DNA of 64,000 nt from Candidatus Dormiibacterota bacterium (lineage in GTDB: Bacteria; Chloroflexota; Dormibacteria; Aeolococcales; Aeolococcaceae), in assembly GCA_963709585.1 (NCBI GenBank), contig CAVPXI010000023.1, forward strand, positions 160,001-224,000. The letters run 5' to 3'. Below are positions 20,457-30,989 of this stretch, in pieces. The translations under genes and the position numbers were made by a program. A model generated the notes under the pieces. The model searched no databases, had not been told where the DNA came from, and was given only the letters and a program-made list of their open reading frames with translations. The stretch's first letter is position 1; every line of letters begins with the position of its first letter.

Positions 20457-22176
20457 GCTTCGGGTCAGCAACCTCGCCGTCATCGAGGAGGCCCGCCTGG
20501 CATTCGACGATGGCTTCACCGTTTTGACCGGTGAGACGGGCTCGGGGAAGTCGATGTGCGTCAACGCGCTGCGCGCCGCGCTCGGTGGCCGGCTCGAACC
20601 CGACGCTGTGCGTTCCGGTGCGGCAGCCGCGCGCGTCGCGGCTGTGTTCGACGATCCGAGTCCGCGCCTGCGTGCGCGCCGCGCCGAGCTCGGGATTCCC
20701 GACGACGACCTGATTACGCTCTCACGCGAGATGCCGGCATCGGGGCGAGCCACGTGCCGGATCGACGGCGCGCTGGTCTCGCAGGCAGTGCTTCGCGAGC
20801 TGGGCGAGCTGTGCGTTGACGTGACCGCTCAGGGGACGAGCCACCGCATGCTGCGACGCAGCTGGCAGCGCGAGCTGCTCAACTCCTTCGGTGGGCGGGA
20901 GTGCACCGGCGCGCGGGCGGCCACCGCCGCCGCGGTGCAATCGTGGCGTGCCGCCGTGGACGCCGTCGCCTCCGCCGAGCGGGCCGCGAGCACCGGCGCC
21001 GCGGAGCTGCAGCGAGCCCGCGACCTCGTCGATGACCTCGGACCGCTGGGGATCCGTCCGGGTGAGGACGCCGAGCTGCAAACCGAACGGCTCCTTCTGC
21101 GGCACGCGGCTCGGATCGCCGAGTCCGCCCTGTCGCTTGCCGAGGCGACTGGTGGTGACGAGCAGTCCGCCGCCGACCGGGTCGCCGAGGCGATTGCTCG
21201 CGGCGCTGACCTGGCCGCGGTCGACCCCGGGCTGTCGACACTGCTCGAGGACGCCGATGCGCTCGTCGACCGGCTTCGTGAGCTCGCGCTTGACGCCCGC
21301 CGCCATGCCGGGGAGATCATCGTTGACGACGCGCGGTTGACCGCTATCGAGGAACGGCTCGACACGCTCGCACACATCACCCGGCGACACGGCTCGCTGG
21401 AGGTCGCCCTCGAGGAGCTCGATCGGGCGTCTGCTCTGGTCAGCAGTGTCGACGGCGAGGCGGGCGCGATCGGCAGCCTCGAAGCCGCAGCCGAGGAGCG
21501 CCGCTCGGAGGCCGCGACCGCGGCGGCGACGCTCAGCACCGCCCGGACGTCCGCGGCGCGCCGCCTCGAACGGGCGGTGACCGCCGAGCTCCGGTCGCTG
21601 GAACTCCCCCATGCCCGCTTCCGGGTTGTGCTGACCCGCACCCTGGAGGTCGGCGGGGTGGATACCGGCGACGGCACTCCGGTGCGTTGCGGCCTCTCCG
21701 GGATCGACGAGGTCGACTTTCGGCTCGCACCCAATCGCGATTCCGTGCCGATGCCACTCGACGAAGGACCCTCCGGAGGCGAGCTCGGCCGCCTCGCGCT
21801 CGCCCTGAGCGCCGTGGTCAGTGAGGACGATGCGCCGGTGCTCGTGCTCGACGAGGTGGACACGGGCATCGGCGGCGAAACCGCGGCACGGGTCGGAGAC
21901 GTGCTCGCGCGGATCGGGCGGACCCGGCAGGTGATCGCTATCACCCACCGTCCCGAGATCGCGGCTCGCGCCGTCGCCCACCTGACCATCACGAAGCTCG
22001 AGCGAACCGGAGGACCGGCGGCGACGGCTGCCGCGGTGTCCGGTCCGGAGCGCGTCCGCGAGATCGCACGATTGATGTCGGGCAGGACAACTCAGGCTGC
22101 TCTGACGCGAGCTGAGGAGCTCCTCGAAGAGGGTGCGAGCGGCGATCGGGGTACCCCCGGCGTCCGTACCATGTAG
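20443..22176 (+). CDS. recN: DNA repair protein RecN
   Basis: LTGETGSGKS, SGGELGR, LDEVDTGIGG, ITH, ERVREIARL. Confidence 0.95.
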   Translation: MALRELRVSNLAVIEEARLAFDDGFTVLTGETGSGKSMCVNALRAALGGRLEPDAVRSGAAAARVAAVFDDPSPRLRARRAELGIPDDDLITLSREMPASGRATCRIDGALVSQAVLRELGELCVDVTAQGTSHRMLRRSWQRELLNSFGGRECTGARAATAAAVQSWRAAVDAVASAERAASTGAAELQRARDLVDDLGPLGIRPGEDAELQTERLLLRHAARIAESALSLAEATGGDEQSAADRVAEAIARGADLAAVDPGLSTLLEDADALVDRLRELALDARRHAGEIIVDDARLTAIEERLDTLAHITRRHGSLEVALEELDRASALVSSVDGEAGAIGSLEAAAEERRSEAATAAATLSTARTSAARRLERAVTAELRSLELPHARFRVVLTRTLEVGGVDTGDGTPVRCGLSGIDEVDFRLAPNRDSVPMPLDEGPSGGELGRLALALSAVVSEDDAPVLVLDEVDTGIGGETAARVGDVLARIGRTRQVIAITHRPEIAARAVAHLTITKLERTGGPAATAAAVSGPERVREIARLMSGRTTQAALTRAEELLEEGASGDRGTPGVRTM

Positions 22177-22178
22177 CG

Positions 22179-22902
22179 ATGCAGCGGGAGGAATCGGGCG
22201 CCGGCGCGATCATCGTGGACGCACCGGGATTCCACGGGAGCCTCGAGGAGCTCGTCGCCCGAGCGAATCGCGGCGACCTCGACCTGGCCGAGATGTCGGT
22301 CAGCAGCGTCGTTGACGACGCGCGGAACGCGCTCGAGAGCCCGGAGCGCCAGGGGGATCTTCGTGCCGTCTCCGACGCGTTGACCCTGCTCGCCCGGCTG
22401 GTCGCACTCAAGGCGGCGGCGGTGCTGCCCGACCAGGACACCACCGTGATCGAGCCCGAGGACGACCAGTCCACCGACGCGGGCAGGCGGCTCGCGGAGT
22501 ACCGGCTCTTCAAGGCCGCGGCCGAGGCGCTCCTGGCCGAAGCGGCGACCGAAGGAGCCCGGAGCTTCCTCGGCCTCGTCTCCACCGAGGTGATCCCCGT
22601 CGAACGGCTCCGCATCGCGCCGGAGCGCCTTGCGGCGGCATTTCGGGCGGTGCTCGAGCGCCTCAGCGACGCCGAGCCACTTCCGGTGGCGATCACGTAC
22701 TCGGTGGAGGACAAGGTCCGGCTGCTTCGCGATCGACCTCATGCTCGGACCGCTCGAGTTCGAGGAGGTCTTCGCCGGGGTACGCAGCCGCCTCGAGGCG
22801 GTTGCCTGCTTCCTGGCGCTGCTCGAGATGTTGAAGCGGGGCGAGGCGACGGTGGAGCAACGCGACGCGTTCGGCCCGATCACGGTGACCGGCAGTGGAT
22901 GA
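22179..22902 (+). CDS. scpA: Segregation/condensation protein ScpA (frameshift near 22737)
   Basis: FHGSLEELV...; C-terminal FLALLEMLK...EQRDAFGPI in the shifted frame. Confidence 0.85.
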
Positions 22903-23485
22903 GGTGCTCGTGCTCGACGTCTTCGGCCGGGCGACGGTCCCCGAGGGAACGGCCGATGCCGAGCCGGAGGACCTGGCGCCGGCGCTCGAGGCGCTCTGCT
23001 TCGCGCTCGGCCGTGAGGTGAGCATCGCGGAGGCGGCCGCGATCCTGGAGCGCAGTCCAGCCGCCGTGGCCCGGTCGGCCGGGGTGCTGGCGATGGACCT
23101 CCGCGGCCGCGGGCTGATGCTCCAGCGCTCCGAACACGCCATCCAGCTGGTCACCCGCCCCGAGATGGCCTGGGCGGTGCAGCGAGCGCTCCACCCCGAG
23201 CGCCCGTCGCGCCTGAGCCGGGCGGCGATGGAGACGCTCGCGATCATCGCCTACCGCCAGCCGGTGACCAAAGCCGTGATCGAGTCGATTCGTGGCGTCG
23301 ACTGCGAAGCCGTGCTCGAACACCTCGTCGAGCGGCGCCTGGTCGCCGAGGTCGCGCGCCAGGAAACCCCCGGGCATCCGCGCCTGTTCGGTACCACGCT
23401 TCGATTCCTCCAGCTGGTGGGCCTCGAGCAGATTGAAGACCTGCCCCCGGTCTCCGAGAGCGCCGCGCTCCCCACCTTCGAATGA
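22895..23485 (+). CDS. scpB: Segregation/condensation protein ScpB
   Basis: LSRAAMETLAIIAYRQPVT..IESIRGV, FGTT..FL...GL...DLP. Confidence 0.95.
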   Translation: MDEVLVLDVFGRATVPEGTADAEPEDLAPALEALCFALGREVSIAEAAAILERSPAAVARSAGVLAMDLRGRGLMLQRSEHAIQLVTRPEMAWAVQRALHPERPSRLSRAAMETLAIIAYRQPVTKAVIESIRGVDCEAVLEHLVERRLVAEVARQETPGHPRLFGTTLRFLQLVGLEQIEDLPPVSESAALPTFE

Positions 23486-24237
23486 CCGCCGCTTCGCCGG
23501 AGCGGCTGAATCGATTTCTTGCCCGTCGAGGCGTCTCCTCCCGGCGCGGCGCCGACGAGCTCATCGCCGCCGGACGGGTCACGATCAACGGTGAGGTGAG
23601 CCGCCTCGGGGCTGTCGTCGACCCGTCGTTGGACCGGGTGATCGTCGACGGACACCGGATCCCCTCTCGTGCAGTTTCCATCACGATTGTCCTCAACAAG
23701 CCGGCCGGCGTGGTCACCACGCGCAGCGATCCGTATCAGCGCCGCACCGTCATGGATCTCATCGAACCCGTCCCCGGCCTGGTCCCGATCGGACGGCTCG
23801 ACGCCGACAGCCGCGGGCTGCTCGTGCTCACCACCGACGGCGACCTCGCGCACGCCGTGTCGCATCCACGCCACGGCGTCACCAAACGGTATCTGGCGAC
23901 CCTCGATCGCGCGATCTCGGCTGATCAACTCGAGCAGCTCACCGCCGGTGTGGATCTCGAAGACGGTCCGGCTCGAGCCGTCGCGGCCCGCCGTTCCGGC
24001 TCCGACTCGGTCGTCGAGGTGGTCATGGCGGAGGGCCGCAAGCGCGAGGTGCGGCGTCTGTTTGCCGCGGTCGGAATCGAGGTTCGCGACCTGGTTCGGA
24101 TCGCTGTCGGCCCCCTGGAACTGGGAGCGCTTCCCGAAGGCGAGGCTCGGGCGCTGCGCCCCGGCGAGCTTTCTTCGCTTCGAGCGGCCGCGGGCATGAC
24201 TGCGCCCGCCCGCCCGCCAGCCCGGCGGCCGCGGTGA
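23482..24237 (+). CDS. rluB: rRNA pseudouridine synthase (RluB/RsuA family)
   Basis: S4 domain, NKPAGVV, GRLD, EGRKREVRR. Confidence 0.9.
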   Translation: MTAASPERLNRFLARRGVSSRRGADELIAAGRVTINGEVSRLGAVVDPSLDRVIVDGHRIPSRAVSITIVLNKPAGVVTTRSDPYQRRTVMDLIEPVPGLVPIGRLDADSRGLLVLTTDGDLAHAVSHPRHGVTKRYLATLDRAISADQLEQLTAGVDLEDGPARAVAARRSGSDSVVEVVMAEGRKREVRRLFAAVGIEVRDLVRIAVGPLELGALPEGEARALRPGELSSLRAAAGMTAPARPPARRPR

Positions 24238-24920
24238 CGCCCACGGTCATCACCATCGACGGTCCCGCGGGGAGCGGCAAGACGACCCTCGGCCGCCGCC
24301 TGGCGGCGACCCTCGGGCTCCCGCTGGTCGACACCGGCCTCTTCTACCGCGGTGTCATGGTTGCTGCAGCCCGAGCCGGGATCGACCCCTACGACCGCGA
24401 GGCCCTGATCGATTGCGCGCGGCGGACGGTCGTGGTCATCGATACCGACCCCACCCACGACGACGCGGACCATGCCGCGAGCGTCGACGGTATCGCCGCC
24501 GGTCCCGCGTTGCGCGATCCCGCGAACGCGCCCCTGCTCGCGTCGATGAGCAGCATTCCCGGAGTCCGCGCGGTGTTGCTCGACCGGCAGCGAAGGCTTG
24601 CCCGCGACGGCGCGGTTGCCGTCGGCCGGGACTGCGGCACCGTGGTGTTCCCCGAAGCGCAGCTCAAGCTCTATCTCGACGCGTCGGAACCGGTGCGCGC
24701 ACAACGTCGCGCCACCCAGCTGCGAGCGGGCGCGAACGCGAACAGCGCTCTCATGCGCGGCGAGGTGGGCGCTCGTGATCGGCTCGACGCCTCGCGCAGC
24801 GCTGCACCCATGCAGCCCGCCTCCGACGCGCATGTGCTCGACACCGGCGTGCTCGGGATTGACGAAGTGGCCCAGACCGCGCTCGAGCTGTGGGCTGCAC
24901 TGGCCGGCGCGCGCGGGTGA
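24234..24920 (+). CDS. cmk: Cytidylate kinase
   Basis: ITIDGPAGSGKTT, DTGLFYR, GRDCGTVVFP. Confidence 0.95.
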   Translation: MTPTVITIDGPAGSGKTTLGRRLAATLGLPLVDTGLFYRGVMVAAARAGIDPYDREALIDCARRTVVVIDTDPTHDDADHAASVDGIAAGPALRDPANAPLLASMSSIPGVRAVLLDRQRRLARDGAVAVGRDCGTVVFPEAQLKLYLDASEPVRAQRRATQLRAGANANSALMRGEVGARDRLDASRSAAPMQPASDAHVLDTGVLGIDEVAQTALELWAALAGARG

Positions 24921-24942
24921 TCCGGCGGAGCTCTCCGCCGGC

Positions 24943-27732
24943 GTGACCAGCGGCTTCTCGCAGCCGGACCATGTGGTCGCCTTCGACCTCGAGACCACCG
25001 GGCTCTCGCCCAGGAGCGACCGGATCCTCGAGATCGGCGCGGTCCGCTACGACAGCGCGCTGTGTCCGATCGACGAGCTCCAGGTCATTGTCGATCCGCA
25101 GATTCCGATCCCGCTCGCCATCCAGCGGCTGGTCGGCCTGACCGACGAGGACGTTCTGGGAGCACCGCCGCCGGCCGAGGGAGCAGCTCGACTTGCCGGA
25201 TTCTGCGGCGACGCGGCGCTGATCGCCCACGGCGGGACGTTCGATCTGCTCTTCCTGCGCGCGCTCCTCTCCGAGACGTTCGGATCTCGGTTGATCTACG
25301 ACACGCTCGACCTCGCGCGGATCCTGCTGCCGACCTACGAGAGCCACAGCCTTCCGCTGCTGAGCCGGCGGCTCGGGATCAGCCATGATCGCCCGCATCG
25401 CGCCCTGAGTGATGCTCGCGCCACCGGGGACCTGTTTCGCGTCCTGGTCGGCGCCGGACGGGAACTGCCGGTCGCGACCCTGGTCGAGATGCGCCGGGTC
25501 GCATCCCAAGCGCCGGGACCACTCGACGCCTTCCTCAGTGACGTCATGCTCCGCCCGGCGGTGGATGCAGCCGCTCCGGTCGACCACGCGGCGGTGTCCA
25601 CAGCGCCACCGTCGTACCGACCCACCGGCGAGCCGGGGGCCGCGTCGAACGGCGGCAGCGTCGGCGAGGCCGCAGCCGCGCTCCTCGGCCCCGACGGTCC
25701 GCTCGCGGCACAGGCGGGCTACGAATACCGCGAGGCCCAGCTTCAGATGGCGATGGCGATCGGTCAGACGCTCGAGCGCAAACGGCGTCTCATGGTGGAG
25801 GCCGGGACCGGGGTGGGCAAGTCACTCGCCTATCTGACGCCGCTCGCGCTGTGGGCGGCGCGAACCGGCAAGCGGGCCGTCGTGGCCACGCACACCGTCA
25901 ATCTCCAGGAACAGCTCGCCGACCGCGACCTGCCGACCGTCGCCGGACTGCTCGACCAACCGGTGTCCGTCGCGGTCCTCAAGGGGCGCAACCACTATCT
26001 GAGCCTTCGCCGATGGCGGCGATTCCTCGCCACCTCCGACGTGGTGGGGCACGAGCCCGACGTCGTGTCGATCCGCTTCAAGTTGAAGATCCTCGCGTGG
26101 CTCGCGACCACCACCACCGGGGACCGTGCGGAGGTCTACCTCGCCGGTGACGAGGAACAACTCTGGCGCCGGGTCGCGTCCGACGCGACCGATTGCCTCG
26201 GCCCTGCGTGTGCCAACTGGCCCAACGCGCGCTGTCACATGGTGGCGGCGCGTCGAAGCGCGGCAGATGCAGCCATTATTGTCACGAACCACGCGCTCCT
26301 CCTCGCCGGAAATGAGCGCCAGGGCCAGGTGCTCGGACCCTACGAGGCGCTGGTCATCGACGAGGCCCATCACCTCGAGTCGGTCGCGACCGAGCAGCTC
26401 GGTATAGCGGTGCGCCTCGCGGATCTCACGCTCGTCCTCGATCGCCTGCCGGCGCCGCCCGGTACGCCGCTCGGCATCGACCTTGAACGATGCCGCGAGG
26501 CAGGGCAGCGTTTGTTCGGCGACGCCAAGGGATTCATGTCCGCGAAACTCGGCGGTGAGCACGCCGCCAACGGACGGGTCGGTTTGTCCGAGGGGATTCG
26601 CGGCGACCCGGGCTTCGGGTTCGTGGAGCGCTCCGCAGTCCACGCCTCGGGCGTGCTCCAGCGGACCGCGAGCGTGCTCGCCTCGGGTGAGTCGGCGGGC
26701 GTGCAGGCGGAGCTGCTGCCCCAACCGGACCGCATGGACGATGAGCTCGAGCACGCTGCCGTGGCGCTGACCGAACTCGCGGCGGCCATCGACCACGTGA
26801 TCCTGCGACCACGCCCGGGCATGGTCACGTGGATCGAGATGCGCGGCGAGCAGGCGGAGCTGCACGAGGCACCCGTCGACGTGTCCATCCCCCTCGCCGA
26901 GACTGTCTTCGATCCCGCCGAGTCCGTCGTGCTCACCTCGGCCACGCTTTCGGTCGCGGGCGGATTCGATTTCATCCGCAATCGCATCGGAATCGGCGCG
27001 ACCGCGGAGGAGTTGATGCTCCCGTCGCCGTTCGACTATCTCCGTCAGGCGGTCTGCATCCTTCCCGAGGACGCAACCGCCTACGACGACCCCGTGCACG
27101 ATCTGCAGATGACGGAGCTCATCGACGCCATCGCGGCGCGCCTCGACGGGCACACGCTCGTGCTGTTCACGAGCTATGGGCCGCTCAAGCGCATCTGGGC
27201 GCTCCTCCAGGAACGTCTCGACGCACGCGGCATCGCGAGTCTCGCGCAGGGGCTCGACGGCACCAGGCGGCAGATCCTGCAGAGCTTTCTCGCCGACCCA
27301 CGTACCGTGCTCCTGGCGACCAGCAGCTTCTGGGAGGGGATCGACATCCCCGGTGATCGCCTGCGCTGCGTGGTGATCGACAAGCTGCCCTTCCCGGTGC
27401 CGACCGATCCCCTGGTACGCGCCCGCTCCGAGCGGCTGCGCGACCCGTTCGGCGAATACATTCTCCCAGTGGCGATCATCCGGCTTCGGCAGGGGTTCGG
27501 GCGCCTCATCAGGAGCGCATCCGATCGCGGCGCCGTGGTCCTTTGCGACCCGCGCCTGCGCACCCGCCAGTACGGGCTCGGATTCCTCCGCGCGCTGCCT
27601 CCGGCGCCGATGGTGGTCACCGCACTCGATCGGGTGCCGGCGATGGTTGATGAGTTCGTGAACTCGGGGGCGCTGCCTGAGACCGTGGGAGAATCAGGAG
27701 GATGGTCCTCGAACGATCTCGATCCGGCGTGA
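24943..27732 (+). CDS. dinG: DEDDh exonuclease-DinG helicase fusion
   Basis: FDLETTG, HRALSDA; EAGTGVGKS, DEAH, TSAT, FWEGID, QGFGRLIR; start approximate. Confidence 0.92.
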   Translation: MTSGFSQPDHVVAFDLETTGLSPRSDRILEIGAVRYDSALCPIDELQVIVDPQIPIPLAIQRLVGLTDEDVLGAPPPAEGAARLAGFCGDAALIAHGGTFDLLFLRALLSETFGSRLIYDTLDLARILLPTYESHSLPLLSRRLGISHDRPHRALSDARATGDLFRVLVGAGRELPVATLVEMRRVASQAPGPLDAFLSDVMLRPAVDAAAPVDHAAVSTAPPSYRPTGEPGAASNGGSVGEAAAALLGPDGPLAAQAGYEYREAQLQMAMAIGQTLERKRRLMVEAGTGVGKSLAYLTPLALWAARTGKRAVVATHTVNLQEQLADRDLPTVAGLLDQPVSVAVLKGRNHYLSLRRWRRFLATSDVVGHEPDVVSIRFKLKILAWLATTTTGDRAEVYLAGDEEQLWRRVASDATDCLGPACANWPNARCHMVAARRSAADAAIIVTNHALLLAGNERQGQVLGPYEALVIDEAHHLESVATEQLGIAVRLADLTLVLDRLPAPPGTPLGIDLERCREAGQRLFGDAKGFMSAKLGGEHAANGRVGLSEGIRGDPGFGFVERSAVHASGVLQRTASVLASGESAGVQAELLPQPDRMDDELEHAAVALTELAAAIDHVILRPRPGMVTWIEMRGEQAELHEAPVDVSIPLAETVFDPAESVVLTSATLSVAGGFDFIRNRIGIGATAEELMLPSPFDYLRQAVCILPEDATAYDDPVHDLQMTELIDAIAARLDGHTLVLFTSYGPLKRIWALLQERLDARGIASLAQGLDGTRRQILQSFLADPRTVLLATSSFWEGIDIPGDRLRCVVIDKLPFPVPTDPLVRARSERLRDPFGEYILPVAIIRLRQGFGRLIRSASDRGAVVLCDPRLRTRQYGLGFLRALPPAPMVVTALDRVPAMVDEFVNSGALPETVGESGGWSSNDLDPA

Positions 27733-28691
27733 TCCCAACTTCGGCGGGCGTGCCCGAGAGGCTGCGCGATGCGCCCGGAACGGCACCCGACGTCACCCCC
27801 GATCCGGCCGGGTCGGTGAGCATCGCGCTCGCCCAGTTCTACCCGCGGCTCGGCGACGTCGCGGCAAATCTCGCCGCCCATCTCACCACCGTCGCCGGCG
27901 CGGCTGCCGAGGGCGCCGGCCTGGTCGTGTTCCCCGAGCTCTCACTCACCGGGTACTTCCTGAAGGACCAGGTGAGTGAGGTGGCGCTGACCATCAACTC
28001 CCCCGAGGTGGGCACCCTCCGCGACGCGTCCCGCGACGGCGGCATCGACATCGTGGCCGGGCTGATCCTCGAGAGCGACCGGCATCGATTCCACAACGCC
28101 GCGCTCTACGTCAGTGGTGGCGAAGTGGTACACGTTCACCGCAAGGTCTATCTGCCGACGTACGGGCTGTTCGATGAGCAGCGATATGTCGCGTCCGGTG
28201 ATCGATTCCGCGCATTCGACGCGCCCCTCGGCCGCCGCACCCAACATCATTGGCGTGCGGGGATTCTCATCTGCGAGGACCTCTGGCATCCGTCGGCCCC
28301 CGCGCTCCTCGCGCGCCAGGGCGTGGACCTGATCATCTGCCCGTCGGCGTCGCCGGGGCGCGGCGTGCTCCAGGGGGACGCAGTCGGCACCGCGAGCAGC
28401 TACGACGTCATGACCCGCACATATGCCCAACTGCTCACCACGTACGTCCTGTACTGCAACCGATCCGGGTTCGAGGACGGCGTGGGCTTCTGGGGCGGGT
28501 CACGCGTGGTCGACCCGGTGGGCAGCGTGGTCGCCGAGCTCCACGGCGCCCAGGAATCCGTGCTCTTCCACAAACTCGAGCGCAGCGCGGTCCGTCGCGC
28601 GCGGGTCGCCTATCCGCTCCTGCGCGACGAACGAAACGATGTCAACGACGCCGAGACCGATCGCCTCCGACGCCGACGCGCTCGCGGTTGA
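27729..28691 (+). CDS. Nitrilase-family glutaminase subunit of NAD synthetase
   Basis: E-K-C triad: [28 protein letters not shown]; overlaps nadE. Confidence 0.88.
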   Translation: MIPTSAGVPERLRDAPGTAPDVTPDPAGSVSIALAQFYPRLGDVAANLAAHLTTVAGAAAEGAGLVVFPELSLTGYFLKDQVSEVALTINSPEVGTLRDASRDGGIDIVAGLILESDRHRFHNAALYVSGGEVVHVHRKVYLPTYGLFDEQRYVASGDRFRAFDAPLGRRTQHHWRAGILICEDLWHPSAPALLARQGVDLIICPSASPGRGVLQGDAVGTASSYDVMTRTYAQLLTTYVLYCNRSGFEDGVGFWGGSRVVDPVGSVVAELHGAQESVLFHKLERSAVRRARVAYPLLRDERNDVNDAETDRLRRRRARG

Positions 28692-29493
28692 CGCCGCCTT
28701 CGTCACCGAGCTGCTCCGCGGCTTCATCGCCGACGGAGTGCGCAAGGTGGGGTTCGAGCGCGTCATCGTCGGGCTCTCCGGTGGCGTCGATTCCTCGCTG
28801 GTGACCGCGCTCGCGGTGTCATCGCTGGGAACGGACAACGTGGTCGCCGTGTTCATGCCGTATCGGAGCAGCGATCCGCAGTCGCAGATCGACGCTCTGG
28901 CGGTGTGCGACAGCCTCGGCATCGCCGTCGAGATCGTCGACATCACGCCCCAGGTGGATGCCTACTTCGCGCGCTTTCCCGATGCGGATCGCACCCGCAG
29001 GGGGAACAAGATGGCGCGCGAACGCATGTCGATTCTCTATGACCACTCGATGGCGGAGCGCGCCTTGGTGCTCGGCACCTCCAACAAGACCGAGTTGCTG
29101 CTCGGGTACGGCACGCTCTTCGGCGACATGGCGAGCGCGCTCAACCCGATCGGCGACCTGTACAAGACACAGGTGTATGCGCTTGCTCGCGCGCTGGGGC
29201 TACCGCACAGCGTGCTCACCAAACCGCCGAGCGCCGATCTCTGGGCCGGGCAGTCTGACGAAGACGAGTTGGGGATGCGCTACGCGGTGGTCGACGCCGT
29301 GCTCCATCTGCTCGTCGACGAGCGGCGCAGCCGGGCGGAAGTGATCGCGCTCGGATTCGACGCCGCCGATGTCGACGCCATCGTCGCGCGGGTGCGGGGC
29401 AGCCAGTACAAGCGCCGGCCACCGGTGATCGCGAAGTTGAGCAACCGCACGATCGACCGGGAGTTCCGCTATCCGCGGGACTGGGGTCGATGA
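28639..29493 (+). CDS. nadE: NAD+ synthetase
   Basis: [37 protein letters not shown]. Confidence 0.95.
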   Translation: MSTTPRPIASDADALAVDAAFVTELLRGFIADGVRKVGFERVIVGLSGGVDSSLVTALAVSSLGTDNVVAVFMPYRSSDPQSQIDALAVCDSLGIAVEIVDITPQVDAYFARFPDADRTRRGNKMARERMSILYDHSMAERALVLGTSNKTELLLGYGTLFGDMASALNPIGDLYKTQVYALARALGLPHSVLTKPPSADLWAGQSDEDELGMRYAVVDAVLHLLVDERRSRAEVIALGFDAADVDAIVARVRGSQYKRRPPVIAKLSNRTIDREFRYPRDWGR

Positions 29494-30174
29494 GCGATCA
29501 GACCGGAACCCTCGCGGTGATCGCGACCCCGATCGGAAACCTGGAGGACATCACCCTGCGCGCGCTGCGCGTCCTCGGCGAGTGCGACGCGGTGATCGCC
29601 GAGGATTCACGGCGCACGAGGGCGCTGCTCAACGCGCACGGCGTGCGCAAACCGGTGCTGTCGCTGCCCGCCTTCGACGAGCGACGCCGCGTCCCGCATT
29701 TGATCGAGCGACTCGAACGCGGAGAGATGCTCGCCCTCTGCACGGATGCGGGCACGCCGGCGCTGAGCGATCCTGGCGCCATCCTAGTACGCGCTGCACT
29801 CGACGGCGGACATCATGTCACCCCGATTCCCGGCGCGTCGGCACTCACCGCGGCGCTCGCGTCGAGCGGCTTTCCGGCGAGCGCGTTCTGCTTTCTCGGC
29901 TTTCTCCCGCGCACCGCGGGCAAGCTCATCCGCGTGCTCGAGGAGGCGATGCGCGAGGATCGCACCATCGCCTTTTTCGAAGTCGCCGATGCGGATCACC
30001 AAGACGCTTCGACTTGCCACGCCCGTGCTCGGCGATCGCCCCGTCGTGGTCGCCCGGGAGCTGACCAAGCTGCACGAAACCTTGCACCGCGGGACGGCGG
30101 CGACACTCGTCGAGGAGTTCACGGCGCGGCCGCCCCGCGGCGAATGCACCGTGGTCGTCGGGGCTCGCCCGTGA
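29490..30174 (+). CDS. rsmI: 16S rRNA C1402 2'-O-methyltransferase (frameshift near 29980)
   Basis: [22 protein letters not shown]; after the shift, [16 protein letters not shown]. Confidence 0.93.
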
Positions 30175-30989
30175 GCGGGGCGCTGCCGGCGCTCGTCGAC
30201 ACGCACTGTCACCTCGTGCTGCTCGAGGAGCGTGGCCTGCTCGACCAGGCGCTCGACGGCGCCGCCGCCGCCGGAGTGGACGAGATCATCTCCGTCGGTC
30301 TCAACCTCGAGGACTCGGATCGCAACCGGCAGATCGCGGAGCGCCACCCCGGTGTTTACTTCACGTGCGGATGGCATCCGCACGAGCCGGCAGCGCCCGA
30401 CGCACGCGAGCTCGAGGCGCTCGCCGAGCTGCTCGGCCACCCCAAGGCCGTCGCGGTGGGGGAGGTGGGACTCGATCTGTTCTTCCGGCCGGGGTACCAC
30501 GAGGTGCCGCTCGACATCCAGCAGCGTTCGTTTCAAGCGATGCTCGAGCTCGCCAGCGCCGCGGGAAAACCGGTGCTCATCCACGACCGCGACGCGCACG
30601 AGGAGGTGCTCGCAGCCGTGAGCGCTGTCCCCGGCAGCCGGGGCATCATGCACTGCTTCAGCGGCGACGCCGCGTTCGCTCGACGCTGTGCCGACCGAGG
30701 TCTGATCGCCTCGTTCTCCGGCATCGTCACGTTTCCTCGCGCCGAGGGCATCCAGGACGCGGCGCGCACGGTCGCGCCGGGCGGATTCGTGGTCGAGACC
30801 AACTCGCCGTTTCTCAGCCCGGTGCCGGAACGGGGCAAAGCGAATCTTCCCGAGCGCGTGGCCATCACCGCGGCAGCGGTCGCACGCCTGCGCGGAGAGA
30901 CAGTGGAGGAGGTGCGCGCCGTGACCACCCGCACCGCCCATCGTGTGCTCGGGATTGCAACCGCCCGAGCGGCCGCAGCGCGTGCCTGA
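30171..30989 (+). CDS. tatD: TatD-family nuclease
   Basis: DTHCH, GWHPH, GEVGLD, HDRDAH, HCFSG, ETNSP. Confidence 0.93.
   Translation: MSGALPALVDTHCHLVLLEERGLLDQALDGAAAAGVDEIISVGLNLEDSDRNRQIAERHPGVYFTCGWHPHEPAAPDARELEALAELLGHPKAVAVGEVGLDLFFRPGYHEVPLDIQQRSFQAMLELASAAGKPVLIHDRDAHEEVLAAVSAVPGSRGIMHCFSGDAAFARRCADRGLIASFSGIVTFPRAEGIQDAARTVAPGGFVVETNSPFLSPVPERGKANLPERVAITAAAVARLRGETVEEVRAVTTRTAHRVLGIATARAAAARA

Noticed and set aside
29490-30989. Apparent RsmI-TatD fusion ORF
   Set aside because: One extra A near 29980 explains it; the RsmI C-terminal motifs lie in ORF 29815-30174
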